Part shown: in pieces, positions 1-10,494 of the stretch
How the letters are laid out: the number at the start of each line of letters is the position of its first letter
How positions within the stretch are numbered: position 1 is the stretch's first letter
Origin: Veleropilina oligotropha
Taxonomy: Eukaryota
DNA: 20,000 nt
Reading direction: 5' to 3'
Assembly: GCA_048128005.1 (NCBI GenBank)
Contig: JBEUKZ010000127.1
Location: 495,956 to 515,955, forward strand
Position numbers and translations under genes: made by a program
Notes under the pieces: generated by a model
Told to the model about the DNA's origin: nothing
What the model saw: the letters and a program-made list of their open reading frames with translations, nothing else
Database searches by the model: none

Positions 1-511
1 TGCACAATTCGCGAATCTTGTCTAATAAAAATTAGTCAGGCACTTTCTTTCTGTGTTTGATGTGCTATTTATAACTATATATATAATACCCGGCTAGTAT
101 TGTTAATAAATTTATAACTATAATTATGCCATAGCATAATTTAAATTACAAATGCCTCCCGTTTCCATGTAGCACACATATTTATTATCACCTATAGTAG
201 TAGGCCTAAGATGGCATTGTTTCAGTTTGGCCTACGTAACATGGCCCACCGGCCCATCGCATACTCAAGATTTTGTGTTTGTGAATGTCTTGATTAAGCT
301 GATTATGCAATAATTTTATTTACACCTGTGCTAATTAGTTGACACATAATGAGATTAACATAATGTGTAGGCTACCTGGTGATTTACGGTTATATCAACA
401 ATCGTAAATAAACAGCCAACCCAGGTTATAAATAATTGATATTCCTTTATTTTGCGCTGAGCACCCACACGTCATTTCATGAAATAATATCGGCGCAACA
501 GTACATTTATT

Positions 512-599
512 CATCCGGTATACGCAATATACAATTAAACATCCGGTATACGCAATATACAATTAAACATCCGGTATACGCAATATACAATTAAACATC
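512..599. repeat. 28-bp tandem repeat, ~3.1 identical copies (CATCCGGTATACGCAATATACAATTAAA)
   Basis: Units start at 512, 540 and 568; read directly. Confidence 0.95.
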
Positions 600-683
600 A
601 TTGTTCCGAACTATGAACTCGCATACCGAGATTTGTTGATGTCATTTCTTTGTTCCGGCTGAGTTACTGTATAATATCTCTAA

Positions 684-760
684 ATTAAACACTGATAAGT
701 CGAACTTGGATAACTCGAATACTCAGATGTGTTGAAATATTATGGAAGTCTCCTGTAAAT
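684..760 (+). mobile_element. Possible degenerate end of a pogo/Tigger-like MITE
   Basis: Repeated GATAAGTCGAA / GATAACTCGAA motifs resemble pogo-type subterminal repeats; no matching other end found. Confidence 0.25.
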
Positions 761-1865
761 ATTTCTTCATAAGGATGTCACAAGAACTACATGTAATAAT
801 TATAATATGAGACACCATTCGTTGGTTTAGGTATCGGAACACTTTGCATGATTTAATTCCATGTCAATCACGAGCGAGCCGAAAAAATCGATCTTTATTA
901 CATTAAATTGCTGAATAAACAACGTAGAACGGCGAGCATGGAGTCGTGCGCAACAGACGACGCACTACTTAGTGTGTACAGCTTTCACAGGCGCTTGGCG
1001 AATCTGCCGGTTTGTGAATCACGCAGGCTGAAAAGGAATGAAAGTTGGCATCATTTAAATTTTGGCGAAATGCCCATGCTCGGCGGTGATGGAATTTTCG
1101 TTGTGATGACACATTTTTCGTTATCACAGGGTAGTCTGTATGTTTTGTTACCCGCTGATAAGACTTTATGTATTTGAGAGTGTAGCTAAATTAATAAAAT
1201 CAAGGTAATATTAACTATATAGATAGACTTAGTCCCAACCAATATTCGAACCCACTACTGTTCGTGTCAGTGGAATCAAGTCAGTGATTTCAGAGTTTGT
1301 AAACCAAGTCACACGACTATTGGAGCAGCCGGACTCATTCAAAGTTATTATGCATCAAAAGTGGTTTAATATTCATTGCATAATGAAAAGTTACGGAACG
1401 GAAATGTAAACCACCATTTTGGACACACAAAATTATTATTATGTGTTGTGCGAAATTATACTGCGATAAGCCGTACTAATTTGCGTAATGGTAGAGCGAA
1501 ATGCTTCTATCAACAGTTACTGGTCTTTGTGTTGCATCTCTTCCTGAACAAACATTTCTTAATAATATACATAGGGACTTATAAATAGTTTATCTTACAT
1601 AAAAATAAAGATTCGTTTTAACATTTTGCAAGTTACATTTAGTTTGTTTAATTGGAGCCGTTTAGGCACATGTTTAGCACATTTGAATTATCAAAAAGAT
1701 ATTTAAGATTTGAAGTTGTAAAATAACCATATCTTATGTGAGCGAACTCGGCACACTCAGGCAAGGTGTGCTTGAATGCGAGTTGCTCATCGCAAGAGAT
1801 GGGTGGGTACTGATGGATCTTTCCCTTCAGTAGAAAATCGTGAGTTATTCGAGAATGTCCCATTC

Positions 1866-2265
1866 GACGTATTAGTGCATATGCTAAGTTACGTTTGCTA
1901 ATTTAAATTTTCCCCAAAAAGTTAAATTATCTAAAAAAAAATTTAAAATTTTCGCAAAAAATTAAATTTCCGGAAAAAATGTAAATTTTCGAAAAAAATT
2001 GCCATAACTCTTATTCTGCTTTCACTAGACTGTTCAAACTTCGCAGACGTATGAGTGCATAATAATGCTATATTACGTTTTCTAATTTAATGTTTTTTCT
2101 TAAATTGAAATTTTCGAAAAAAAATTACATTTGTTTAATTTTCGTAAAGATTTATATTTCTAAAATCTTCGAAAACAATTTAAATTTGCCATAACTCTTA
2201 TTCTGCTTTGACTACACTGTTCAAACTTCGCAGACGTATTAGTGCATATGCAAAATTACATTTGC
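1866..2265. repeat. ~180-187-bp tandem repeat (~2.2 units), possibly the internal array of a Helentron/HINE-like non-autonomous element
   Basis: GACGTAT(T/G)AGTGCAT recurs at 1866, 2046 and 2233; GCCATAACTCTTATTCTGCTTT...TGTTCAAACTTCGCAG occurs twice; small hairpin GCACAC..GTGTGC at 1751-1771. The repeat is observed; the Helentron assignment is inference. Confidence 0.7.
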
Positions 2266-2506
2266 TCTGCCTTCATGCTTCACTTTAAACGTCTTATATC
2301 GAAAATAATGAATTGCGCACGATCAGCTTGAAGCCCTGTACAGCTGCTTTGTAGATTTAATTTAATTTTGTAGTTTGTGTCATTTCTTTATTATGCGCGC
2401 GAATTTCTTTTCGCCAAGCGAGTGGAACTCTTTGATATCAATTTTACCCAACCGAATACAAAATATGTTCAACATGCGTGACGAAAATGCGTTGAGCACA
2501 ATTTAA

Positions 2507-2936
2507 CGGCCTTTTGAAGTTGAGAAGTTCGTGGAGTACGTTTTTCCTCTGAATGACGTCATCGGCGCCATCCGAATAAAAAACATGCGCCATGATCGAA
2601 AAGTACTATACGTAATGTGCCATTCGAAGACGCCTAAACAGAAATTGGGATATTTTTACAGTCCTGGATCAATCCATTATGTAACTGAAGCGCTACCAGT
2701 GTGTTTAATGCCTACGACGAAATGTTATCCATTATATTGTCGAACCTGCTCATGAGACCTCTTGTATTATGGACCAGTTTCCAAAATCCAAGAGACAACA
2801 TTAGGAGTATTCTAATGGCACTTAATTTTCGTTGAGTACTTTTCGATCGTGGAGCATGTTTTGTATTCGGATGGCACTGATTGACGTCATTCAGAGGAAA
2901 AAAGTACTCCACGAACTTCTCAAACTCAAAAGGGCG
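2507..2936. mobile_element. MITE with ~130-bp imperfect TIRs flanked by TTAA (piggyBac- or Kolobok-type target site)
   Basis: 2507-2637 is the imperfect reverse complement of 2801-2936; TTAA at 2503-2506 and 2937-2940; no credible coding capacity. Confidence 0.85.
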
Positions 2937-3201
2937 TTAATTCATTTGTCAGTAGTCTGGTATTCATCGTCGGTTCATACAAACATTGTGTATAAAGGTT
3001 AAGACCTGTTTACAAATATAACACATGCGTTGAGATACCTTTCTCCTTGTAAATTAAAGATTCTTTCTGAAATGCTAATTTAGTTTAGTTTGCTGTGGCC
3101 ATTAAAATGGGATTCAAAATGTGAAACCATTAATCCAAGTATCTAAATTATTCAATTGTAAATGAAACAGGTTATAATTATAGGTAAAATCACCCGAATA
3201 T

Positions 3202-3204
<3 letters not shown>

Positions 3205-3290
<86 letters not shown>
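3205..3290. repeat. (TA)n microsatellite
   Basis: Pure AT dinucleotide run. Confidence 0.99.
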
Positions 3291-3293
<3 letters not shown>

Positions 3294-4639
3294 ATATAAT
3301 CGTATTGTTTTTATTGTTCTACAATACGTTATTCCATACATAGCATTGTTACACCTGATTGTATAATGATCAGCAATATCTCATCTAATCATCTAATCGT
3401 ACTGCAAATAAAATCATAAAGGAGCCAAATGGTCGCACCTAAGACTTCTAACTCTGTATGCTAGAACTTTGTCTCCCGCTAGCACCAGCATTCTGCTAAC
3501 ATTCGTATTGAAGGAGAATATAGGGTTGCAAAGAAAACCTTACAATTGATATAAATTTAAAATATTATTTATGCATTGTTTATATAAAATATATAAATTA
3601 TATATATTTACAAGTATCTTAACCAGAATAGCAGAACATCCATTAAAAGAACATTAATTATATATTAAAAACGATACAGATTCAAAATATTTTATTAACC
3701 TGGATTTGTTCTCGTGTGAATATTTTCAATAATATTCTAAATATTCTCAGACGCCCTTTCATTTTTATAAAGTATACATATAGCCTTGATGTAAAAATTA
3801 AAAAAAATCAACAGACGAATGAATGTAGATATACACAGTTTACATTGTAGTAAAATGATCGAGATATCAATAAACATGCATACAGACATGCATATAATTG
3901 TATACAGACATACCAATATGCATACGGACATACAGGCATGCATACATACGGAGTCTATTCCAATACATTTTCTCCCTCGGAGGCGAGGTCAATATATTCA
4001 ATACTCAGCAAGAGGCTATACAATAGACACCTACTATAAACGCACATCAACATAGGTCGTTAATAGCCACGTGATTGAGCAAGCAATAAATAGTAAAGTT
4101 CTTATATTTTCAGCGACTTTGTTCTTTCACGAGCAATTGTGCTGAAGGAGGTAACCAGTATATAAGAATAGATACACAGTTGCCAATGGTCAGAATTCTA
4201 TTCTCGCCACCGCGTCGTTACAATTGGTATATACAGTATATACAAACAACTAATGTAAAGTTTAAAGCTCTTTTATGTGCTAGCGCAATTGATTTTTTGA
4301 CCTAATTCTATTTGCTATATATTTGAAAGACGCTCATAGAAAGTCACTTCTTTCCGATTAATAGCGGGGCAAAGATGGGTTCGATACCGATTATACTTGT
4401 GTTGATAGCTGCAACAGCATATGGTCGTATACCATGGGATTCGGATTGCCACATTTATCCATCAAGGTGAGTAAAAGTATATAACTCTTAATGAATATAT
4501 GTGTTTTTGTATCACGGTCAATGTCAATGGCACAGAGTGCCACAACTTTTTTGTAGCCTGAACTCTTTCCCGGGCGAAGCGACAGAGGCGATAAAATAGT
4601 AACATATGTGCTCAGTTTTAGATGAGTTCCAGGCCTGTT

Positions 4640-5185
4640 CAAAGATGCTCCAAATGTCCATTGCAGCATTGTAAGCACATTTGCAAATAGCGGGAAAATG
4701 TCTATCACGCGTACACATTCATGAAGACGGATTGCTCTGGTCCTTGCTGTGATTGCTCTCTTCAGCCGGGATGGTTTTCATATAGATTGTCTTTCAAGTA
4801 ACCTCGGAGATACAATTATGGCGGCGGTTAAATCTGGGAGTTGTGCAAGATGAGCCGGTATCAAAATTTCTGTCTTAGCCACTGTAGCGTGTTATTGGAT
4901 GAGCTAGGAGTAGCCACATCTTGTTCGAACCAGTATGCATTCCTTTTAATGACATGCCAGCCTGATTTCTTCGGAATAACGTCTTATTAGGACTGCGACT
5001 CATTGAAATCCTTTATCTCCGATAGTGTTTCCTTTAGTATTGTATTTCTTAAAAGTTCCATGCTCTGAAGGTGAGTCCTTTGATATGAAAAGTACGGCAA
5101 TTAAATGTTTCTTGAAATGTACCTGACCGGTTTGGAACGATCTGGCTTCAAAGTGAGTCTCTACAGAAAATGAATTTTGTTGAAG
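4640..5185 (-). pseudogene. Decayed, internally deleted mariner-like transposase (DUF4817-type N-terminal HTH, DDD-type C-terminus)
   Basis: Manual minus-strand translation across frameshifts: N-terminal VETHFEARSFQT..HFKKH, EHGTFKKYNTKG, SMSRSPNKTLFRRNQ, then YWFEQDVATPSSSNNTLQWLRQKF*YRLI, PDL.PP*LYLRGYLKDNLYENHP, LKRAITARTRAI..ECVRVID..YLQMCLQCCNGHLEHL. These match the family motifs WFQQDGA.H, SPDL.P.DF.LWGYLK and C...GGH.EH. Confidence 0.8.
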
Positions 5186-5476
5186 GGTTCAAGGGTTCAT
5201 GAAAAACTCTTTATTCTAATCTGGTAGGCAACCACCTATCTATTAAGTCTGAAATACGAAACCTTTAGCTAACAACATTACAGTTACATGGGTTGAATTT
5301 GTATTGAGTCACCCAGTTGTTGCAATATAATGAATGGACCATTTCATGAATATGGAGGAAAACAATTACTATGTTCATCTTGAATTATGATGGCATTTTG
5401 AAATTATTGGTTATTTCCGCGTGTACAAACTCTGAGTGCAACGATTAATAGCCTCGATTACAGATATTCCATCCGA

Positions 5477-6181
5477 TCGGTGGTGTAGTGTATAGAGGGT
5501 GGAGCCCAATTCGCTCTGTGATGTAGTGTATAGAGGGTGGAGCCCAATTCGCTCTGTGATGTAGTATATATAGGGTGGATCCCAATTCGCTCGGTGGTGT
5601 AGTGTATAGAGGGTGGAGCCCAATTAGCCCGGTGATGTAGTGTATAGAGGGTGGATCCCAATTCGCTCGGTGGTGTAGTGTATAGAGGGTGGATCCCAAT
5701 TCGCTCGGTGGTGTAGTGTATAGAGGGTGGAGCCCAATTCGCTCGGTGGTGTAGTGTATAGAGGGTGGAGCCCAATTCGCTCGATGGTGTAGTGTATAGA
5801 GGGTGGATCCCAATTCGCTCGGTGGTGTAGTGTATAGAGGGTGGATCCCAATTTGCTCGGTGGTGTAGTGTATAGAGGGTGGAGCCCAATTCGCTCGGTG
5901 GTGTAGTGTATAGAGGGTGGATCCCAATTCGCTGCTCGGTGGTGTAGTGTATAGAGGGTGGAGCCCAATTCGCTCGGTGGTGTAGGGTATAGAGGATGGA
6001 TCCCAATTCGCTCGGTGGTGTAGTGTATAGAGGGTGGAGCCCAATTCGCTCGGTGATGTAGTGTATAGAGGGTGGATTCTAATTCGCTCGGTGATGTGGT
6101 GTATTGAGGGAGGAGCCCAATTCGCTCGGTGGTGTGGTGTATAGAGGGTGGATCCCAATTCGCTCGGTGATGTAGTGTATA
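5477..6181. repeat. 38-bp minisatellite, ~18.5 copies (GTGGA[G/T]CCCAATTCGCTCGGTGGTGTAGTGTATAGAGG)
   Basis: Head-to-tail units with no spacers; the 38-aa periodicity of the overlapping ORFs equals three 38-bp units. Confidence 0.97.
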
Positions 6182-6244
6182 TAATTTAGACTAAAACTGA
6201 CACAAATGCGCTTATGGCGACTTTCTACATATATACCTACTTAC

Positions 6245-6447
6245 GGATTAGGATACAGGTTGCAAGAATCGTTCCAAGGAAACCAATTTGCTGCCAACAC
6301 CGTTACATTCAGAATGAAAACTGACGAATTCATTGTTGCCTGTGTCCAGAGCGTTAACTACGTTATGATAGTCAAATATTCCTAGCATTTACGCCGAAGT
6401 TGTTGATATCAGCATAATTTTAAAATCGATAACTTTCGACATGGCTA
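6245..6447 (-). repeat. Copy 1 of a diverged ~200-bp local duplication with exon-like borders
   Basis: Colinear with 8781-8978 (ATTAGGATACAGG, ATTTGCTGC.AACACCGT, CAGAAT.AAAACT, AGTCAAAT, GGCTAA). On the minus strand it starts after TTAG and ends at C|GTAAGT (6244-6239). Confidence 0.7.
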
Positions 6448-6655
6448 ACTTTGGACGGCGGCATAATTATTTCTTATATTTTTGTCCATCAGCTATATAA
6501 ATAATCAAATGCATGATTTACCATTGCTTGTTATTATCCATTTGGGCACTTGCACAGTAAAACTAATTCTAAGTAAATGTAAAGATATATATTTTATATG
6601 ATATAATATTCACTCGACTACGAGTTTTAGCAGCATTCAGATTCACACGAGGACG

Positions 6656-6850
6656 CACATGTTCATATTATCGCGGAAGGAAAGCCCGACCAGTCCCACA
6701 CTCTCCAGTTATGAGCAACTCTGACTGTTAACTGAACACAGTGCCCAGTCGAAGATTCTAACGCGCCCTGTTTTACATGGACGTCAAACCAGTGAATTGG
6801 GAGCACATTCACTGACGCACTAGACTGCCTGTTCGGTCGTGCGCATACAA
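6656..6850 (-). mobile_element. Diverged SINE copy (same family as 7019-7285)
   Basis: ACATGTTCATATTATCGCGGAAGGAAAGCCC matches the core of the copy at 13410-13551. Confidence 0.6.
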
Positions 6851-7018
6851 CAAATGGGAATTGAAACATATAATAGAGGTTTACATAATGATGTACCTGC
6901 ATATATGCACGACACTGTAAAACGGTAACGATCATAATTACTCTTTCAGACAAGAACTGAATGCTGATGTTTCCAGGGTAGAGGATATCAGGTATGATCT
7001 ATCTTCACTCAGCTACTG

Positions 7019-7285
7019 GCCGCTTCGACAGCTGTGTGGTATCGGTTGTGGATTCCGAAAAAATCACCGGCTTGATTCCGCTGACGCGAACAGTAGTGGG
7101 TTCAAACCTCGGCTGGGGCATCACACATTTGTTCAAGTTATGAATCACAGTTGTTCGTAACTGGTCGGAGAGGGCGGTTTTCCCAGAGATACCGGGCTCT
7201 CCGCACGCTGTAATATCGACATGTCCTGCTTTGAACCAAATGGTGGTTGGAAATATACAGGACATTAAGCATCGATCCATTTCTT
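7019..7285 (+). mobile_element. Full-length tRNA-derived SINE with 15-bp target-site duplication
   Basis: A-box-like AGCTGTGTGGT, B-box GGTTCAAACC, core GGTTTTCCC..ACCGGGCTCTCC and tail ATATACAGGACATTAAGCATCGATCC; TSD TTCACTCAGC(T/C)ACTG at 7004-7018 and 7286-7300; related copies elsewhere in the window. Confidence 0.85.
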
Positions 7286-7719
7286 TTCACTCAGCCACTG
7301 CTTTGAACGAGTAAGGAGTTGCATATCGCTAGTGTCTTTCTTTTGTATACCTTACACGTGTTTCCAATGTTTCTAATTGTTTTACCTAATGTGCCCTGCA
7401 TGACCTACTCACATGCTACAGATGATATCGGACAATAATTTTATCTTCTGCTTATATCGTATTTATAACATGAGGCTGTTATTTTATCTTTATTATTTCC
7501 ATTTAGGCGTAAATATTGTCATAATCTTTTTTGTTTTTACCCCTACATTATGGAGATATTTATATATCTTTCGTTCATTTTAATTGTTCTAACTATCATG
7601 ACGACTGGAAATAATATTTTTGAATCTCATACTAGCATTGTGATTTTACCAAAGTAATAGTCAAGCATACGTAATGCATATGTAATTTCGAGTATACCGT
7701 TTTAGATGGAAACATGGCT

Positions 7720-7905
7720 GAATTGACGTTTATCGACCATTTCAACAGTATTTCAGCTATGAATCTGGTCAATAAACTTTGACTGATGGAATGATTGGTG
7801 CTGTGTACAATAGAGACAGCGATCAAGAGAATAGCCCCATTACATCTTGGGATTGAACCCAATACCTTCAGCTGTATCAGTGCTGCCCCCTTTACCATGT
7901 AGAAA
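7720..7905 (-). mobile_element. Degenerate tRNA-derived SINE, second family
   Basis: Minus strand has B-box GGGTTCAATCCC and tail ATAGCTGAAATACTGTTGAAATGGTCGATAAAC, resembling invertebrate SINE 3' ends. Confidence 0.55.
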
Positions 7906-8021
7906 ATATCCAGACAGATTAGCAAAAGGATATACAATTTATATTCATAATGATATTTCCGAATCTTTATTTACAATATATCTTATACATTCCAATTAAA
8001 ACTATAGTGTATAATGTATAA

Positions 8022-8260
8022 TGCGGTATTGGTATGACGCAACATATAACTCGCCTGTCAGTGCGGTATTGGTATGACGCAACATATAACTCGCCTGTCA
8101 GTGCGGTATTGGTATGACGCAACATATAACTCGCCTGTCAGTGCGGTATTGGTATGACGCAACATATAACTCGCCTGTCAGTGCGGTATTGGTATGACGC
8201 AACATATAACTCGCCTGTCAGTGCGGTATTGGTATGACGCAACATATAACGCGCCTCTCA
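8022..8260. repeat. 40-bp minisatellite, 6 near-identical copies (GTGCGGTATTGGTATGACGCAACATATAACTCGCCTGTCA)
   Basis: Read directly; only the terminal copies differ. Confidence 0.97.
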
Positions 8261-8417
8261 GAGCATGAAACAATATACTTCATCGATTGAGTAAATACAA
8301 ATTTCTTTGCTTTAAAATATAATAAAACCTAAAACAAGAAAAACATCAGAAAATCAAAATCGATAACATCTAAAATTAATTCTTTAAAGTTGGGAAAAGA
8401 AGTCGGTCAAACTTTAC

Positions 8418-8745
8418 CTTGCTTAAATATCTTTACCCACGCGTCAATGGGTGGGCATTGAAATCTTTAACTACTTCCATGGCAATCGATAAAGTTGATG
8501 AAAATAAACGGACGACTCACATTCCACATAACCCTATTCTAGTACCGAACTCAACCCGTAAGGAACCACGAGGTAAGTTGTAGGCAATATTTCCACTTTC
8601 GCAAGATGCGTTAGCTTTTAAATCCATGATCTTATCGGACCCAGGTCCAATACTATAAGCATGAGTGGTCTGATAACTACAGCTTTAACGCTCGGATAAC
8701 TGATATGGAAGTGTTAATAACGACTCTTACTCTATAATCCAGTAG
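8418..8745 (-). pseudogene. Stop-containing paralogous exon of the meteorin-like CUB-domain gene
   Basis: Minus strand reads SCSYQTTHAYSIGPGSDKIMDLKANASCESGNIAYNLPRGSLRVEFGTRIGLCGM*; the core (8547-8603) aligns with CEEGNVWWNYPQGSLRVNF of the exon at 12924. Bounded by TTTTAG and AAG|GTAAAG; several in-frame stops. Confidence 0.6.
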
Positions 8746-8780
8746 CTAAAATGTCACCATACATACAATTTTATCCTTCG

Positions 8781-8978
8781 TATTAGGATACAGGATACAA
8801 GGATAGTTTCACTGAAATCCATTTGCTGCTAACACCGTCGCAATCAGAATAAAAACTAGTCATTGTCCTCTATGTCACTGTGCTTTAACTGTCTTGTGAC
8901 AGTCAAATGTTCATTGGATTTGTACCGCACCTGTTAGATTCAATGTAATCTCAAGATCGAATACTATTGACGCGGCTA
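8781..8978 (-). repeat. Copy 2 of the diverged ~200-bp local duplication
   Basis: Colinear with 6245-6447; preceded on the minus strand by TTTTAG. Confidence 0.7.
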
Positions 8979-9513
8979 AAATATCGGACAATTTATTATT
9001 TATTTTATCATAGATGCACTTTATAACTATATATTATATTTTGGCCGTTAGCTGTGAAAATCAGTGAAAAGTGTAGTGTCCCAAAACATATGCACAGACA
9101 CTCGAACATACCCCGAAAGAGTACTTTTTGTCGATATTTCAGGACAAAATCTTGATATTTTCGTAACATTGTTGGATATTTCTTAATGCAAATTAATAAA
9201 GCTGGCGAGTTGATGCTAAAATGGCGGATATTACCACAACAAAACTTCGGTCGTCAATAATGGATATGACTACTAAGACGAAAGTGCATGTATAAATGAT
9301 ATATCAAACCTCGTCACTTTATTTATTTATTTTATTTTATTTATTCAGTTTATTTATACTGATCAGTGGATCAGTGCAATCTGTTCTCTGTCAGGGTCCA
9401 GTTGTATACATAGAGTTAATAAATAAAGTTAAAAAAAAAATGCATATAGATTAATAACATCCGTAAAAGTATGATAACGAGCATCTAATCAAGTCATATA
9501 TAATTATATAATA

Positions 9514-9905
9514 CAGGGTGTTTCAAAAGTATATGTCACATATGGACTCTTCATATATCTATAATTACTGAAGATATAAAAACACTACTTAAATCTTATG
9601 AAAGCTAATATTCTTAAGTTTCAAGTACAAAAAATTTGAAAACAAAAGTCCCATAAATAAAGGTTTTATTAACAATTTTAGATATGTTCAATGTGTGCGC
9701 CGTCGGTTACACGGCACACATCCAAACGATAGACCATTTCTTGCCAAACGCGCACAAGCATATCGTGGTCGACAGTAGCCAAGGCTTCAGTTATTCGAGT
9801 CTTCATGTCTTCAGCTTTAAACTGGTACCAGTTTCATTCTGCTACCATTTGTAGTTCCAGAGATATGAGTACTTAGAATGTGACATATACTTTTGAAACA
9901 CCCTG
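9514..9905 (-). mobile_element. 392-bp non-autonomous mariner-like element with perfect 28-bp TIRs, TA TSD and a transposase C-terminal remnant
   Basis: TIR CAGGGTGTTTCAAAAGTATATGTCACAT at 9514-9541 and its reverse complement at 9878-9905; TA on both flanks; 9815-9678 (minus) reads AEDMKTRITEALATVDHDMLVRVWQEMVYRLDVCRVTDGAHIEHI*. Confidence 0.93.
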
Positions 9906-9999
9906 TATATAAATATATAAACACAGACAAATCACAAATATTACAATAATATTAACGGTTGTTGATTATGAATTATTAACATTTACAATAACCGAATAG

Positions 10000-10494
10000 G
10001 TTTATAAGAAAATAAATTACATAAGTTTCAATAATGACTTTTACATGTTGAACCGAGTCTTACATGTTGTTAAAATATTGTGATTTGAATGACGAAATGG
10101 ACATTTAACTTGTTCCATAGCACAGAAGTTGAATAAATAAATGTTTTCTTTCCATAATTAGTTTTAGCACGAGGAATATATAGGTCATGATCACTGGACC
10201 GTGTTAATTTTGAATGTACTTCATGTATCCTAGTGATTCTGTCGAATAAATATGATGAAGCTGTTTTATCTAAGCATTTCTTCATTAGCGTACATTTATG
10301 AAAATCCCTTCTATCAGTAATTTTTTGCCAGTGAAGTTAATTGTGCATTTGGTTAACATTGCTATATCTACTAACACTCAATATAATCTGCGCTGCTTTA
10401 TTTTTAAACAATTGAAATTTATCTTGACATTTTTTACTGCAGTTTGACCATACAACATCGCAATATTCAAGCCTCGACAATATTATCGAATTAT
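10000..10494 (-). mobile_element. LINE (CR1/L2-clade) ORF2 3' fragment, C-terminal to the RT core
   Basis: YNSIILSRLEYCDVVWSNC..NKAAQIIL..LHWQKITDRRDFHKCTLMKKCL..TRSSDHDLYIPRAKTNYGKKTFIYSTSVLWNKL; contains a stop. Confidence 0.88.

Noticed and set aside
908..1863. Short ORFs at the start of the window
   Set aside because: No recognisable motifs or supporting splice structure; consistent with chance ORFs.
2531..2912. Two convergent ORFs with similar N-termini (MEYVFPLNDV / MEYFFPLNDV)
   Set aside because: Produced by the MITE's inverted repeats.
5411..6158. Long overlapping minus-strand ORFs with repeating His/Pro/Thr peptides
   Set aside because: The 38-bp unit lacks minus-strand stops and cycles through all frames; this is a minisatellite artefact.
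7632..7937. Hydrophobic ORF resembling a signal-peptide protein
   Set aside because: Overlaps a SINE-like fragment with a B-box, has a non-ATG start and no recognisable domain.
5477..8260. 38-bp and 40-bp arrays as possible CRISPR arrays
   Set aside because: Units are head-to-tail with no unique spacers, there are no cas genes, and the context is eukaryotic.
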